From positions 1 through 64,000 of the forward strand of contig JBBSVN010000004.1 of assembly GCA_038046765.1 (NCBI GenBank): a stretch of DNA of 64,000 nucleotides, in the 5' to 3' direction. This DNA is from Candidatus Micrarchaeota archaeon. Lineage in GTDB: Archaea > Micrarchaeota > Micrarchaeia > Anstonellales > Bilamarchaeaceae. The notes beneath the pieces were generated by a model. It saw only the letters and a program-made list of their open reading frames with translations. It searched no databases and was not told the DNA's origin. This document shows positions 39,245 to 50,132 of the stretch, one piece after another. Each line of letters begins with the position of its first letter. The first letter of the stretch is position 1. The position numbers and the translations under genes were made by a program.

Positions 39245-40468
39245 ATGAAAAAAGTAATTGGCAATTTATTCCTGGTTTTGTTTGTAGTGTTTTTTTTATT
39301 TGGATGTTCTGGAAATACACAACTACAAGATAAAGTTGTGAAAGACGAAATTGCTAAAACAACCCAAAGTGAATTAAATCAAACAAATCAATCGGATCAG
39401 ACCCAGATTATAAATTCTAAAGAAAACTCAGTTAATGTGCAAACGAATAATACAAATGAAAATACGGTTTCAAATTCTAATTCGCAAACGCTTCCGCTTT
39501 TATCACTAGGTGATGGTAAATATTCTACATCTCTTAAAGCAGGGTATGTTTATACCTGTAACGCTAATTTTAATGGAGGAGGTGCGTTTAAAGCAGGAGA
39601 ATGGATTAATGGAAGCTTTTGGAATGCATCTAAAAAAGTAACTGTTGATGGAAGTGTAAGCTGGCCAAAGAATTACATTAGTATCGAACTATCCGGCGAC
39701 ACAAGAACAATAAAAACAAACGGCTTACCAAGTCACAAAACCGGAAACTACCCAATTGCAACTAACGATGACGCATATAATTATGACCGAAATCCAAACT
39801 CGATTAAAGAGCAAAGTTTTACGCTTAGTGTTCCTAAAGATCCAATAGTAGTTAACGCACCTTATTGTACCAGTTTGGGAATAATCGCAATTTCTACAAC
39901 AGGAGTTCCGATATTTAACGGTTTTGACGCTGGAGGAAGGGATGCAGTAGCAAATGAAATTCAAGATGTTTGTGATGGCCACCCAGATATAAGTGGGACA
40001 TATCATTATCACTCTGGAAGTAGCTGTATACTAGATTCTTCAAAAGGCGAAACTCATTCTGATTTAGTTGCGTATGCGATTGATGGGTTTGGCTTGTATG
40101 GTAAGTATGGTGAAAATGGCAAACTTTTATTTACAAAAGACCTTGATGAATGTCATGGACACACACATATAATTTTATGGGATGGTAAAACTAAAGAAAT
40201 GTATCACTACCACAGTAGCCCAGATTTCCCATATACGATTTCTTGTTTTAGAGGTACAAAAAGTACAGTTAGCGGAGAAACAGTTGTTTCTGGGTCAACA
40301 AATTCTGCGAGTAATGGTCAAACTCCACAGGCACCTTCTGCGCCTAAAGAAGCAATAGATGCTTGCGTTTACAAAAAAGAAGGTAATTCGTGTAGCTTTA
40401 ATGGAGCACGCGGAATGGTTTCTGGTACGTGTAAAACAACTTCAGATGGATTTGCATGTGTGCCTTAA
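39245..40468 (+). CDS. YHYH-domain lipoprotein
   Basis: LFGC lipobox; DVCDGHP..GTYHYH, LDECHGH..YHYH. Confidence 0.88.
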   Translation: MKKVIGNLFLVLFVVFFLFGCSGNTQLQDKVVKDEIAKTTQSELNQTNQSDQTQIINSKENSVNVQTNNTNENTVSNSNSQTLPLLSLGDGKYSTSLKAGYVYTCNANFNGGGAFKAGEWINGSFWNASKKVTVDGSVSWPKNYISIELSGDTRTIKTNGLPSHKTGNYPIATNDDAYNYDRNPNSIKEQSFTLSVPKDPIVVNAPYCTSLGIIAISTTGVPIFNGFDAGGRDAVANEIQDVCDGHPDISGTYHYHSGSSCILDSSKGETHSDLVAYAIDGFGLYGKYGENGKLLFTKDLDECHGHTHIILWDGKTKEMYHYHSSPDFPYTISCFRGTKSTVSGETVVSGSTNSASNGQTPQAPSAPKEAIDACVYKKEGNSCSFNGARGMVSGTCKTTSDGFACVP

Positions 40469-41511
40469 ATCTTCATTTTTTCTATCGCTTCGTTAAGTAA
40501 ATCTTCGTTTTGGTTAACACAAATCCTTATGAATTTTTTATAATTCCCAAACCCACCCCCTGGCGATACGGCAACTCCTTTTTCTAAACAGGAAAGCGCA
40601 AACTCCCCGGAATCAGTTATGTCCGCTCTGGTTGCGAATACATATATTCCAGATTGTGGTTTTGCAAATTTAAACCCATTTTTTGTCAGAGCTTTTTCTG
40701 CAACTTCGAGCCTTGCTTTCCATAGATTTCGATTTTGTCTAATTATTTCTTCTTCGTTTTCTAAACAGGATAATCCAGCCATTTGGACAAATGGTGCAAC
40801 GCAGGTTGTCGTGATCTGATTAAATTTCACAATTTTCTTAACAATATCTTTTGGCGCGATTGCATAACCTAGCCTCCAACCTTCCATATTAAACTCTTTA
40901 GAAAATGAACGAACTCTTATCGCACCCTCATATCTTGAAATTTTTGTAAAAGACAATTCCTTATATGCTTCATCAAGTATTACATGATTTCCTTTTTTAT
41001 TTGCGTTTTCAATAACGTTTTTTATTGATTGATCAGTATAAACTGTACTTGTGGGATTAAGCGGATTGCAAATAACGGTTATTTTTGAATCAGGCATCTT
41101 GTGCGAATCAAACTGCCAATTACCCTCAAGCCCAGTTTCGATACCATGGAATTTCAAACCAAGCTGTTCGCAAGCTAACTGATAAGCAGGCCAGTATGGG
41201 CCAGGTGTAGTTACGCTTTCGTCTTTTTTTGCCAAAATATTTAATAATGCAAATATCAAATGTTTTGAACCAGGACCGACTACAACTTCATCAATATCGC
41301 AATTTTCCCGCTCGGCAATTTTTTGTCGGAATTCATTTATTCCAGCTCCTGAAACGTAACCGGATTTCGTTTCTTTAATTGATTTAATTGCTGCATCAAT
41401 TGCGGGTTTTGGTGTCGGCAAATTAGTGTCTCCGATGTTTAGTTTTATTATCTTCCTGCCAATTCTCTCAAGCTCAAAAACTTTTTCAGCTAATTCGTAG
41501 AAAGTTACCAT
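40465..41511 (-). CDS. Class I/II PLP aminotransferase (likely aromatic aminotransferase)
   Basis: CNPLNPT, DEAY, SFSKEFNMEGWRLG; last gene of the aro/phe/tyr operon. Confidence 0.9.
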   Translation of the reverse strand: MVTFYELAEKVFELERIGRKIIKLNIGDTNLPTPKPAIDAAIKSIKETKSGYVSGAGINEFRQKIAERENCDIDEVVVGPGSKHLIFALLNILAKKDESVTTPGPYWPAYQLACEQLGLKFHGIETGLEGNWQFDSHKMPDSKITVICNPLNPTSTVYTDQSIKNVIENANKKGNHVILDEAYKELSFTKISRYEGAIRVRSFSKEFNMEGWRLGYAIAPKDIVKKIVKFNQITTTCVAPFVQMAGLSCLENEEEIIRQNRNLWKARLEVAEKALTKNGFKFAKPQSGIYVFATRADITDSGEFALSCLEKGVAVSPGGGFGNYKKFIRICVNQNEDLLNEAIEKMKI

Positions 41512-41516
41512 AGAAT

Positions 41517-42311
41517 TTACCCAATATTTTTCCTTAATTTATCAAAAAATCTTTTAGCTTCTTCATAATCTTTTGCTTTGATTACGTGTTTTAAAAACTC
41601 CAACCGATTGGTTATCTTTTCAAGTTGAGCTAGCGAATAGCTATTAAAAAGGATTTCGGCTAGTAAGTGATCATCTTCTGATAAAAGCCCCTTTGCAATT
41701 GTTTTATGTCTTTTAAATGTCGTACCAGGAACTGCAGTTTTATCCATGCATGAAGCAAAAACTAACGATGAAGCAAACGGAGTAGTTAGTGAATAAGCCA
41801 TCATCTGATCATGCTCTGCAAATGTATACTCAAATATTTTTACCCCCAACCTAGTAAAGAGATTTCTAAAAAATTCTTTAGTTTCTGGATCGCTTTCTTT
41901 TATTAGTACAGCATTTTCCTCTTTTAATGAATCCATCGTAGCAAAAGTTGGTCCGAACATCGGATGGACGGAACAGAACTTAAAACCAGATTTATTATAG
42001 AATTCTTCCAACCCGCGCTTAACCGAAGCAACATCGCCAATTACACAAGATTTTGGTAAATATCTGACTACTTCTTCAAATGCCTTAATTGTATTTTGCA
42101 AACTTACTGCATTTATTAGTAAATCAGGTGCAAATGATGAAATTTCTTCGATCGTATGCAAAGCGTTTGTATTAGTTTCTTTGGCAACTAATTCCGCTCT
42201 TTTTGAGTCATTATCATATACAGCGATATTAGTCCCATTTTCTTTAGCTAGTTCTTTAGCAAGAAAAGAACCCATCTTCCCGCAACCGATTATTGCGACT
42301 TTAGTTATCAT
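41517..42311 (-). CDS. tyrA: Prephenate dehydrogenase
   Basis: GCGKMG, DVASVK, VHPMFGP, EHDQMMA. Confidence 0.92.
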   Translation of the reverse strand: MITKVAIIGCGKMGSFLAKELAKENGTNIAVYDNDSKRAELVAKETNTNALHTIEEISSFAPDLLINAVSLQNTIKAFEEVVRYLPKSCVIGDVASVKRGLEEFYNKSGFKFCSVHPMFGPTFATMDSLKEENAVLIKESDPETKEFFRNLFTRLGVKIFEYTFAEHDQMMAYSLTTPFASSLVFASCMDKTAVPGTTFKRHKTIAKGLLSEDDHLLAEILFNSYSLAQLEKITNRLEFLKHVIKAKDYEEAKRFFDKLRKNIG

Positions 42312-43366
42312 TATATCGCCTCTTTGTAACATCCTAAAAACTTAAATGTCGGACTTTCTTTTTTGATTCTTTCTAATAATTCTGCAATTTTTTTATCCTT
42401 GTCACTTCCTTGGAAATCAACTAAAAACACAAACTTACCCGGGTCGTTTGGTACTGGCCTTGATTCGATTCGTGTTAAGTTTGTCTTACTTTCGTAAAAC
42501 AGCTTAATTATTTCAAAAAGTGCTCCTGGCTTATGCGCTGTAGAAAATATTATCGAGCATTTATTACCTACTTCTTTACTGTAATCTTTGGATAATACAA
42601 CAAAACGAGTAGTGTTTGAAGTATGATCTTCGACATTCTCCTTTAAAACTTCTAGATCGTATAATTCGGCGCATAATTTACTTGCAATTGCAGCAGCCCC
42701 GTTTGGTTTATCCTTTGCAACCATCATCGCAGCACCAGCAGTATCATAATACGGCCTTGCTTCTAGTTTATTTCGCTCTGTAAACCCGCGGCATTGTGCT
42801 AATGCTTGGGGATGAGAATACACCATTTTTATTTCACGATAATCTGTTTCAGGAGGTGCAAGTAAACAATGATGAACTGGAACCCGCACTTCGCCAACGA
42901 TTTTCAAGTCATATTGTATTAGTAAATCATTTACATCATTTATCTGCCCAGCTAAAGAGTTTTCTATAGGTACAATACCTAGATCTAACTGACCATTTTT
43001 AACGCTTTGAAAAACTTCTGTAAAATCACTACATGGAATTGCTACGGAATTAGGGTCATGGGTTTTTACTGCCATCTCACTATACGCTCCATGTTCGCCT
43101 TGAAATCCGATTAACTTTAGATTTTCTTTTTGTAATCTTTTGGATTCAGACATTATTTCTTGGAATAACTTTTGTGAAAACGCATTTGAAATTAACCCCT
43201 TTGACTTTGATGAAATTTTGGTCATCACATCTTTTTCTCTTTGTTCGTCACTAACTTCATTTTTAAGTTTTTTTGTTCGTACAGCAATTTCCATCCTATC
43301 GCTTAGTAATTCCAGTATATCGCCATCAATTTTGTCTATTTTTTTCCTTAGTGTGTTTAATTCCAT
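42311..43366 (-). CDS. pheA: Chorismate mutase/prephenate dehydratase (P-protein)
   Basis: LRKKIDKID; FQGEHGAYSE, PIENS, SHPQALAQC, NTTRF, LTRIESRP. Confidence 0.95.
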   Translation of the reverse strand: MELNTLRKKIDKIDGDILELLSDRMEIAVRTKKLKNEVSDEQREKDVMTKISSKSKGLISNAFSQKLFQEIMSESKRLQKENLKLIGFQGEHGAYSEMAVKTHDPNSVAIPCSDFTEVFQSVKNGQLDLGIVPIENSLAGQINDVNDLLIQYDLKIVGEVRVPVHHCLLAPPETDYREIKMVYSHPQALAQCRGFTERNKLEARPYYDTAGAAMMVAKDKPNGAAAIASKLCAELYDLEVLKENVEDHTSNTTRFVVLSKDYSKEVGNKCSIIFSTAHKPGALFEIIKLFYESKTNLTRIESRPVPNDPGKFVFLVDFQGSDKDKKIAELLERIKKESPTFKFLGCYKEAI

Positions 43367-43405
43367 ATTTATCACCTAAACGTAATTTTTTTCTTATTTT
43401 ATTAT

Positions 43406-45787
43406 TTATTTTATTGAGCATATAGATCGCAAATACAAATCTAGTATTGCAATAGCAACAGTATTTTCAACAATTATTGGTGCTCTTATTGCAACGCATG
43501 GGTCATGACGACCAAGTACACTTAATTTAGCATTTTTATTTGTTCGCACATCTATCGTGTCCTGTTCTTTTGAGATTGATGAGGTTGGCTTTATCGCAAC
43601 CCTGCAAACTAATGGCATGCCATTTGTAATACCACCTTGTATGCCTCCAGAATTATTTGTCGTTGTAATAACCGACCTACCTTCGATCGTAAATGCATCA
43701 TTATTTTGACTTCCCCTAGTTGCTGCACCGGCAAAACCCGAACCAAATTCAACTCCCTTAACCGCTGGAATGCTAAATAAGTATTTTGAAAGAACAGCGT
43801 CTACTGCGTTAAAAATAGGCTCGCCAATTCCAACAGAAAGTCCATGAACTTGCAGTTCGATTACACCGCCAAGCGAGTCGCCTTCTGATTTTATTTTCTC
43901 TATTTCTTGTTGCATTTTTGCGCTTAATTCTAAACTAGGACACCTAACGGGGCTTTTATATGTATTAACTAAAGCTTGTTCAAAGCTAGGCATTTTTTCC
44001 ATTTTTATTTCTCCGATTTGTTTGACATATGCTGCAAATCTTACTCCTTTTTCTTCAAGAATTTGTTTTGCAATCGATCCTGCAATTACTGTAAGTGTAG
44101 TAATTCTTGCAGAAAGGAACCCACCACCACGAAAATCAAAAACGCCATTGTATTTGATTAGAGTAGTGTAATCTCCATGGTTTGGCCTTGGAGTAAATCT
44201 AGTTATTTCGTATGGTTTTGAATTTACGTCCTTGTTTTCTATTTCAAATACAATCTGCTCGCTGGTAACGACTCCGTTTTCGATACCTTGCACCAAACTA
44301 AATTCATCTCGCTCCCTCCTAGAAGTCGTAAGGTTTCCAAATGGTCTTCTTTTGTCTAAATCGACACGTATTTTTTCCATGGAAACTTTTGTTCCGATTG
44401 GAATTCCGGTCATTTTTATTCCGATTAGTTTTTCATGCGAACCTCCGTAAAGACGCACTTTGAACTCTTGACCAATTGGTGCAGTCTGGCTAAGCATTGT
44501 CGCACCCAATTTTCGCATATCACAAAAGAAATCAGGGTAAGATTTTGCAATAACTTCGGGATTTTCTATAATTGTTTGTCCATCCGCAATCATGCCAGCA
44601 ATTGCACACGACATTGCGATCCTATGGTCATTATGTGGATCTATTTTCGCACCATGCAGACGAGTAACTCCAATTATTTCTAAAGAATCGGGTTTTTCAG
44701 TGATTTTAGCTCCCATTTTAGTTAATTCGGTGGCTATGGAACTTAATCGATCGCTTTCTTTTATTCTAAGCCTTCCTGCATTTTTAATTTTTGTTATTCC
44801 TTTTGCTTGCGTAGCAATTGTAGCTAATATCGGAACTAAGTCTGGAATATTACTTGCATCGATTTCTGTTGCAATTAATTCTGACCTTTTGACTACTAAG
44901 GAATCTTGTTTTTCTTCGATCTTAGCACCCATTCTTTTAAGAATCGAAATAATTTCACGATCGCCTTGAATAGACTGCACATTCAATCCTTTAATTTCAA
45001 TTTCTGGACCAACAATAACTCCTGCAGCAATTAAAAATGCAGCTCCGGACCAATCGCCTTCAACAATATAGATGCCAGGTGATTTGTAGAATTGATTGCC
45101 TTTGATCGTGAATTTTCTAGGATTTGTTGGGTCGTCCATTTTAACATTTATTCCAAAATCATTTAGAGTTACAATCGTCATTTTAACATAAGAAAATGAC
45201 TCTAAATTTCCTAAAATTTCAATTTCGCTATCTTTTTTGGCTAAAGGTAATGCTAAAAGAAGGCCGCTTATGAATTGAGAGGACACATCCCCACGAATTT
45301 GTATCTTTCCTCCGATTAATCCCCCCGCTATTTTTACAGGGGACAAATTAGAACGATCATCTATTTTTGCACCTACTTTCTTTATTGAATTAGTTAAGTC
45401 ACTAATTGGTCGTTTTAGTAGTCCTGCTTTACCAGTTAAATTTATTTGATTATTGATAAGTGCGCAAATTGGAATCAAAAATCTTAAAGTTGTACCAGAT
45501 TCATTGCAATCGATAGTTAAAATATCATTGATTTTTTTGAACATGATATTGTTGGATCCGTCAACTTCAATGCTATTTTCAGTATAATCAATTTTAGCCC
45601 CAAGAGCTCTTAGTGCACTAATTGTGGCAGATATATCACTGGAAAACAGTGGATTTTGTATTAAGGTTTTTCCCTTTGTTAAGCCGGCTGCAAAAAGAGC
45701 ACGATGAGTATAACTTTTAGATGGTGGTGCAGCAATTGGACTGTTTTGAAGTTTTGAGTTTCGTACTAATATCTCCAGTTCACTCAT
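43406..45787 (-). CDS. aroA: Fused EPSP synthase (AroA) and chorismate synthase (AroC)
   Basis: PPSKSYTHR, SSQFISG, RIKESDR, DHRIAM, KSYPDF; then GGSH, IPAVKGVEFG, GGIQGGITNG, KPTSS, GRHDPC. Confidence 0.93.
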   Translation of the reverse strand: MSELEILVRNSKLQNSPIAAPPSKSYTHRALFAAGLTKGKTLIQNPLFSSDISATISALRALGAKIDYTENSIEVDGSNNIMFKKINDILTIDCNESGTTLRFLIPICALINNQINLTGKAGLLKRPISDLTNSIKKVGAKIDDRSNLSPVKIAGGLIGGKIQIRGDVSSQFISGLLLALPLAKKDSEIEILGNLESFSYVKMTIVTLNDFGINVKMDDPTNPRKFTIKGNQFYKSPGIYIVEGDWSGAAFLIAAGVIVGPEIEIKGLNVQSIQGDREIISILKRMGAKIEEKQDSLVVKRSELIATEIDASNIPDLVPILATIATQAKGITKIKNAGRLRIKESDRLSSIATELTKMGAKITEKPDSLEIIGVTRLHGAKIDPHNDHRIAMSCAIAGMIADGQTIIENPEVIAKSYPDFFCDMRKLGATMLSQTAPIGQEFKVRLYGGSHEKLIGIKMTGIPIGTKVSMEKIRVDLDKRRPFGNLTTSRRERDEFSLVQGIENGVVTSEQIVFEIENKDVNSKPYEITRFTPRPNHGDYTTLIKYNGVFDFRGGGFLSARITTLTVIAGSIAKQILEEKGVRFAAYVKQIGEIKMEKMPSFEQALVNTYKSPVRCPSLELSAKMQQEIEKIKSEGDSLGGVIELQVHGLSVGIGEPIFNAVDAVLSKYLFSIPAVKGVEFGSGFAGAATRGSQNNDAFTIEGRSVITTTNNSGGIQGGITNGMPLVCRVAIKPTSSISKEQDTIDVRTNKNAKLSVLGRHDPCVAIRAPIIVENTVAIAILDLYLRSICSIK

Positions 45788-47120
45788 TTTTTACACCTTT
45801 TATTAATCCTAAATTTATGGCTTCGCAAATTATTTGAGTTGTAACCTCTTGAGGCAATTTGTCTTGGGTTGAAATTATTACATCACAAGCTTCTGCATAT
45901 AATCCTAATCTATTTTTCATTACTTTTCTTAAAATTCCTAACTTATCGGGAAAATTTACCAAGGGTCTGCTTTGATCCCCGATGGTCCTATTAACGATTG
46001 TTTCGGGTTTTGTATAAAGCCAAAAAACCAAACAATGTTTTTTTAGTTTTTCTACATTTTCTATGTCCAAAATTGCACCGCCCCCGCAGGAAATAACTGA
46101 ATTCTGGGCGTGAGCAATCTTACTCATTTCTTCCTTTTCTAATTCCCTAAATTTTGTTTCACCATGAATTTCAAATATATCTTTTATTTTCGTTCCATTT
46201 ATAGTTTCAATATTCTGGTCAACATCGATCAGTTTTAGGTTAGTTTCTTTGGCAATTAGCTTTGCTACTGTAGATTTACCAGAACCCATTAGACCAACTA
46301 AAGCAATATTTTGCGGTTTTGCATGTGCCTTAGCTAATACTTTTCGCATAATTTCTATAGGAGCAGTCTTACCAGTAAAAATCTCAAATGCTTTTACACC
46401 TTGGTAAAGCAACCATTCGCTTCCGTTGATAATTTTGCAACCTAGTTCGATAGAATCTGTTAAGAGTGCTGTCTTTTTGGAATAATTTGCATCTAAAACT
46501 ACTAATTCTTTTGAGAGGAGTTCTTTTGGAATTAACTGGTCGAGCGTATTTGCTGTGCTAACAATTGCAACTGCATTTACTAAAGCTTGCGTTAAATCTG
46601 AACTAGATAAAGAACAATAATCGCAACCTAGCCTATTCGCAATATCTTTAGCTTTTTCAATTGTTCGATTCGCAATTACAACCTGTGCCCCCTCTGAAAG
46701 TAAACCTAACGCAGCAGCTTTTGCAGCGCCTCCAGCTCCAATTACAACGAATTTATTTCCGTTAATTTTTACCCCATTTGCTTCAAGTGCTTTGGTAACT
46801 CCTAGGACATCGGTGTTAAATCCATGGAGTTTACCATTTTCTATTTTTATTGTGTTTACTGCACCAAGTAATTTAGCTTCTTGATTTAGTGTATCGCATT
46901 TTTGTGCCATTTCTTCTTTGAACGGCGCAGTAATATTTAATCCTAAGATTCCTAAGTCTTTTGCAAGCGCAATAGCTTCATCCGCATTATTTGCAGCAAT
47001 TCGTACGTATTTGGCATCTATACCTAATTCTTCAAGTCCAGCATTATGCATGTTAGGGCTAAGGCTATGTGAAATAGGATTACCCACAACTGCGTAAAGT
47101 TTCATGCTTTCTTGTTTCAT
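45780..47120 (-). CDS. aroE: Fused shikimate dehydrogenase (AroE) and AroK-type shikimate kinase
   Basis: HSLSP, NITAPFK, NTD, GAGGAA; then GLMGSGKST, FRELE, SCGGG, RPL. Confidence 0.93.
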   Translation of the reverse strand: MKQESMKLYAVVGNPISHSLSPNMHNAGLEELGIDAKYVRIAANNADEAIALAKDLGILGLNITAPFKEEMAQKCDTLNQEAKLLGAVNTIKIENGKLHGFNTDVLGVTKALEANGVKINGNKFVVIGAGGAAKAAALGLLSEGAQVVIANRTIEKAKDIANRLGCDYCSLSSSDLTQALVNAVAIVSTANTLDQLIPKELLSKELVVLDANYSKKTALLTDSIELGCKIINGSEWLLYQGVKAFEIFTGKTAPIEIMRKVLAKAHAKPQNIALVGLMGSGKSTVAKLIAKETNLKLIDVDQNIETINGTKIKDIFEIHGETKFRELEKEEMSKIAHAQNSVISCGGGAILDIENVEKLKKHCLVFWLYTKPETIVNRTIGDQSRPLVNFPDKLGILRKVMKNRLGLYAEACDVIISTQDKLPQEVTTQIICEAINLGLIKGVKNE

Positions 47121-47121
47121 G

Positions 47122-47787
47122 TCAATTACCTAAATTTTTTCTTAAGTTTTTAATCGCTTCTTCAAGTGTTTTTTTGTCGATTTGCCCATCGGCAGTTTCT
47201 TTACCCGAGGATAACGAAACGTAAGTACAAAAACTCCCTAAAAGAGGAGCAATTATTCTTGTAATTTTTCCCTTTTCACCCATACCAATTACAATTAATT
47301 TTCTATCCAAGTCGCTTTGATCAAGTAGCCCAATTAGCCTCGCATTATCCCTCTCGTCATTGACTTTACAAGCTATTTTTGCAATATCTGCTCCGTCTGT
47401 AAAGCACCAATTTATTGTTTGCTTTAATTCTTCTCTTGAAGGCGTTTTTTCATAGTTATGGTATGAAAGAATAACTTTGCATCGCCTCGCTTTAGCAGCT
47501 GCAATAATTTCTTGTTTTATTTTATCTTCAGATTCAATTTCAACATCGACAAAATCTGCTCCTTGTTCTATTGCTTTAAGTAGGATTTCTTTTCTTTGTT
47601 GCTCATTCATCTGATTGTTAGGCCGGCATGTCGCGATCATCTTAGTTTTTCCTTTACTTGAAAGCAGATTAGATAAGTCAGTTAGCGAAAGTTTATTCTG
47701 ATCGAGCCTAAGTTCTGCTAAATCTAAACCTAAAAGTGCTGATTTACATTTTTCTAGTCCAACTTCAGCTATGCTAACACAGATCAT
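47122..47787 (-). CDS. aroD: Type I 3-dehydroquinate dehydratase
   Basis: ELRLD, SYHNY..TP, IAKIA, MGEKGKITR, TADGQ. Confidence 0.92.
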   Translation of the reverse strand: MICVSIAEVGLEKCKSALLGLDLAELRLDQNKLSLTDLSNLLSSKGKTKMIATCRPNNQMNEQQRKEILLKAIEQGADFVDVEIESEDKIKQEIIAAAKARRCKVILSYHNYEKTPSREELKQTINWCFTDGADIAKIACKVNDERDNARLIGLLDQSDLDRKLIVIGMGEKGKITRIIAPLLGSFCTYVSLSSGKETADGQIDKKTLEEAIKNLRKNLGN

Positions 47788-48812
47788 AGAATTTCACCAA
47801 TTTCTTCAATCGGAACTTCTTTCACAACTGATTTTCCAATCCCTTCTAAAAGCGCCATCTTAACATCAGTTCCTTTTTTCTTTTTGTCTTTGCTTATTGC
47901 ACCAATTATTGCATCTTTTTTAATATAATCTAACTGCGTTGGAAGTCCCAATTTTTTCAAAAGATTTTCGATTCTATCCTTATCCTCTTCTTTTAATGTG
48001 CCTTTTTTAACGCAAAGCTTTGCATCATAAACTGACCCTATCGCAACCGCTTCTCCATGAGGTAATTTATGTACTTTTTCTAGTGCATGAGCGATCGTGT
48101 GCCCAAAATTTAATTTAACCCGTTCATTTTGTTCTAATTCATCTTTTTGAACAATGTTTACTTTAACCGAAATTGCATCGCCAATTACTTTTTCAAGTGC
48201 AATACGTTTCATGCAAATAATATCCTCCAAGTTCGACTCTAAGTATGAAAATAAATTAGCATCAGCAATTACTGCGTGTTTTACAATTTCCGCAAATCCG
48301 CATTTTAGGTCTTCTTTTGGAAGCGTTTTTAGAAGTTCTAAATCGCATAAAACGAAATTTGGTTGTCTAATAGTACCAATTAAGTTTTTGTATCCATTTA
48401 AGTTTACCCCATTTTTACCCCCTATACTTGCATCTACTTGAGCTAGAAGTGTTGTTGGAACAAAACCAAATTTTAAACCACGTAAATAGGTACTAGCAAC
48501 AAACCCAGTTATATCGCAAACTACGCCCCCTCCAACTCCAACTATAAAAGTTGAACGCTCAACACCTAATTCTAGAAACTGCTCGTAAATATTCTCAACT
48601 GTCCTAAGGGTTTTTACATTTTCACCAGTTTCGATTTCAATTATTTGAAATCCGAATTCTTCGAGCTTGACGCGATGGTAATTTAACACATTTTTATCAC
48701 TAATAATTACTACTTGTGCACTTGCATCTAGGTAGTCTTTAAGGTTAGATACGTCTTCGCCAATCGCGATTTGCGTACTACCCGTATTTGTAGTTAATTG
48801 TATTTTTTTCAT
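47784..48812 (-). CDS. aroB: 3-dehydroquinate synthase
   Basis: [35 protein letters not shown]. Confidence 0.95.
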   Translation of the reverse strand: MKKIQLTTNTGSTQIAIGEDVSNLKDYLDASAQVVIISDKNVLNYHRVKLEEFGFQIIEIETGENVKTLRTVENIYEQFLELGVERSTFIVGVGGGVVCDITGFVASTYLRGLKFGFVPTTLLAQVDASIGGKNGVNLNGYKNLIGTIRQPNFVLCDLELLKTLPKEDLKCGFAEIVKHAVIADANLFSYLESNLEDIICMKRIALEKVIGDAISVKVNIVQKDELEQNERVKLNFGHTIAHALEKVHKLPHGEAVAIGSVYDAKLCVKKGTLKEEDKDRIENLLKKLGLPTQLDYIKKDAIIGAISKDKKKKGTDVKMALLEGIGKSVVKEVPIEEIGEIL

Positions 48813-49630
48813 AAAGAACTCCTCATAAAATTATCAAGCGCCCGAATCTTTTTAGTCATTTTTGTAAAATACGCTGGCGTGAGTGCCTGATCTTTATCGC
48901 AAAGTGCTTCTGGGGGATTTCTATGAACATCTACAATTAATCCATCTGTCCCGCATGCTACTGCCGCTAAACTCATCGGCTCGATTAAAGTTATTTTTCC
49001 AGTAGCATGGCTCGGGTCAACAATGATTGGAAGATGAGTTAATTCTTTAACTGCAGGTACTGCACTTAGATCAAGGGTATTTCTAGTGTAAGTTTCATGA
49101 GACCGTATTCCTCTTTCACATAGAATTACATTTGGGTTTCCTTCGTTTAAAATGTACTCTGCGCAGTATAACCATTCTTCGATTGTTGAATACATTCCTC
49201 GTTTAAGTAATACTGGTTTGTTTGCTTTACCTACTTCCCTAAGTAATGAGAAATTCTGCATGTTTCTTGTTCCAATCTGAAGTACATCTGCGTATTCACA
49301 TACCCAATTTACATCTCTGGTATCTACTACTTCAGTTACGATTGGTAAACCAGTTACATCCCTTGCTTTTTCTAAGATTTTTAAGCCCTTTAATCCTAAA
49401 CCCTGGAAAGCGTATGGCGAAGTTCTTGGTTTAAACGCGCCTCCGCGAAGCATATCCGCTCCTGCTGCTTTTACCGCGATTGCAGTTTCTACAGTTTGTT
49501 CTTCACTTTCAACAGCGCATGGGCCAGCGATTATCGTTAACCCTTCACCTATTTTTACATTGCCAACTTTTACGATTGTTCTGCCGCTTCCGTTTAAACC
49601 GGCAAGTTTTATTTTTTTAATATCAACCAT
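48809..49630 (-). CDS. aroF: DAHP synthase (class I-beta)
   Basis: [31 protein letters not shown]. Confidence 0.95.
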   Translation of the reverse strand: MVDIKKIKLAGLNGSGRTIVKVGNVKIGEGLTIIAGPCAVESEEQTVETAIAVKAAGADMLRGGAFKPRTSPYAFQGLGLKGLKILEKARDVTGLPIVTEVVDTRDVNWVCEYADVLQIGTRNMQNFSLLREVGKANKPVLLKRGMYSTIEEWLYCAEYILNEGNPNVILCERGIRSHETYTRNTLDLSAVPAVKELTHLPIIVDPSHATGKITLIEPMSLAAVACGTDGLIVDVHRNPPEALCDKDQALTPAYFTKMTKKIRALDNFMRSSL

Positions 49631-49738
49631 TTTTTACACCTTGAATAAATTTTAGTTTTTCATTCCAATTTTTGTTTTCTCTTCAAATATAAAATATCAA
49701 AAAGCTAAAAAAATAAAGTTAACACTAAGGATTTTTTT

Positions 49739-49800
49739 AAAAACGCAACCAACACAAAAATTATTTTTTAAAATTTTTATTAAAAATTGTTAGTTGCACT
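49739..49800 (-). terminator. Hairpin plus U-run immediately after the aro leader peptide (attenuator candidate)
   Basis: AGUGCAACUAACA (49800-49788) pairs with UGUUGGUUGCGUU (49754-49742): 13 bp with 3 G-U pairs, ending in U5. Confidence 0.6.
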
Positions 49801-49901
49801 CAATAGTTAAAACTAAATCTAAAATTAAAGCTGAAGCTATAGAACCAGTTTGCATTTCTTGCAATTTTATTTAATGACATTTTGTCTTCAGCGTTTATCA
49901 T
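49800..49901 (-). CDS. Putative aromatic-amino-acid leader peptide MINAEDKMSLNKIARNANWFYSFSFNFRFSFNY
   Basis: 33 codons (26 from the second ATG at 49880); 9 of the last 15 are W/F/Y; ends 169 nt upstream of aroF. Confidence 0.75.
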   Translation of the reverse strand: MINAEDKMSLNKIARNANWFYSFSFNFRFSFNY

Positions 49902-50132
49902 TGTACTCAACCAACTAAGTTTCTCCAATCTAATACCTTAGAACTATCCTTTTGGATTGAGGACAGATCGAGATCGGCATATTTCCTGATCTCGAGATAT
50001 TAACACATTTTTACACTATTTATACAATATTATCCATAAAAGTATTTTTAAATGTTCCTGATTTAGAAACTAATTCTAGCTTCGCTTCGGGTAAAGCTAT
50101 ATTTTAAAACATTAAAGAGGTAAAATATTTTT

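Noticed and set aside
50001..50036. TRP-box-like TATACA-N4-TATCCA upstream of the aro leader
   Set aside because: No perfect TGTACA and the region is very AT-rich; too weak to call
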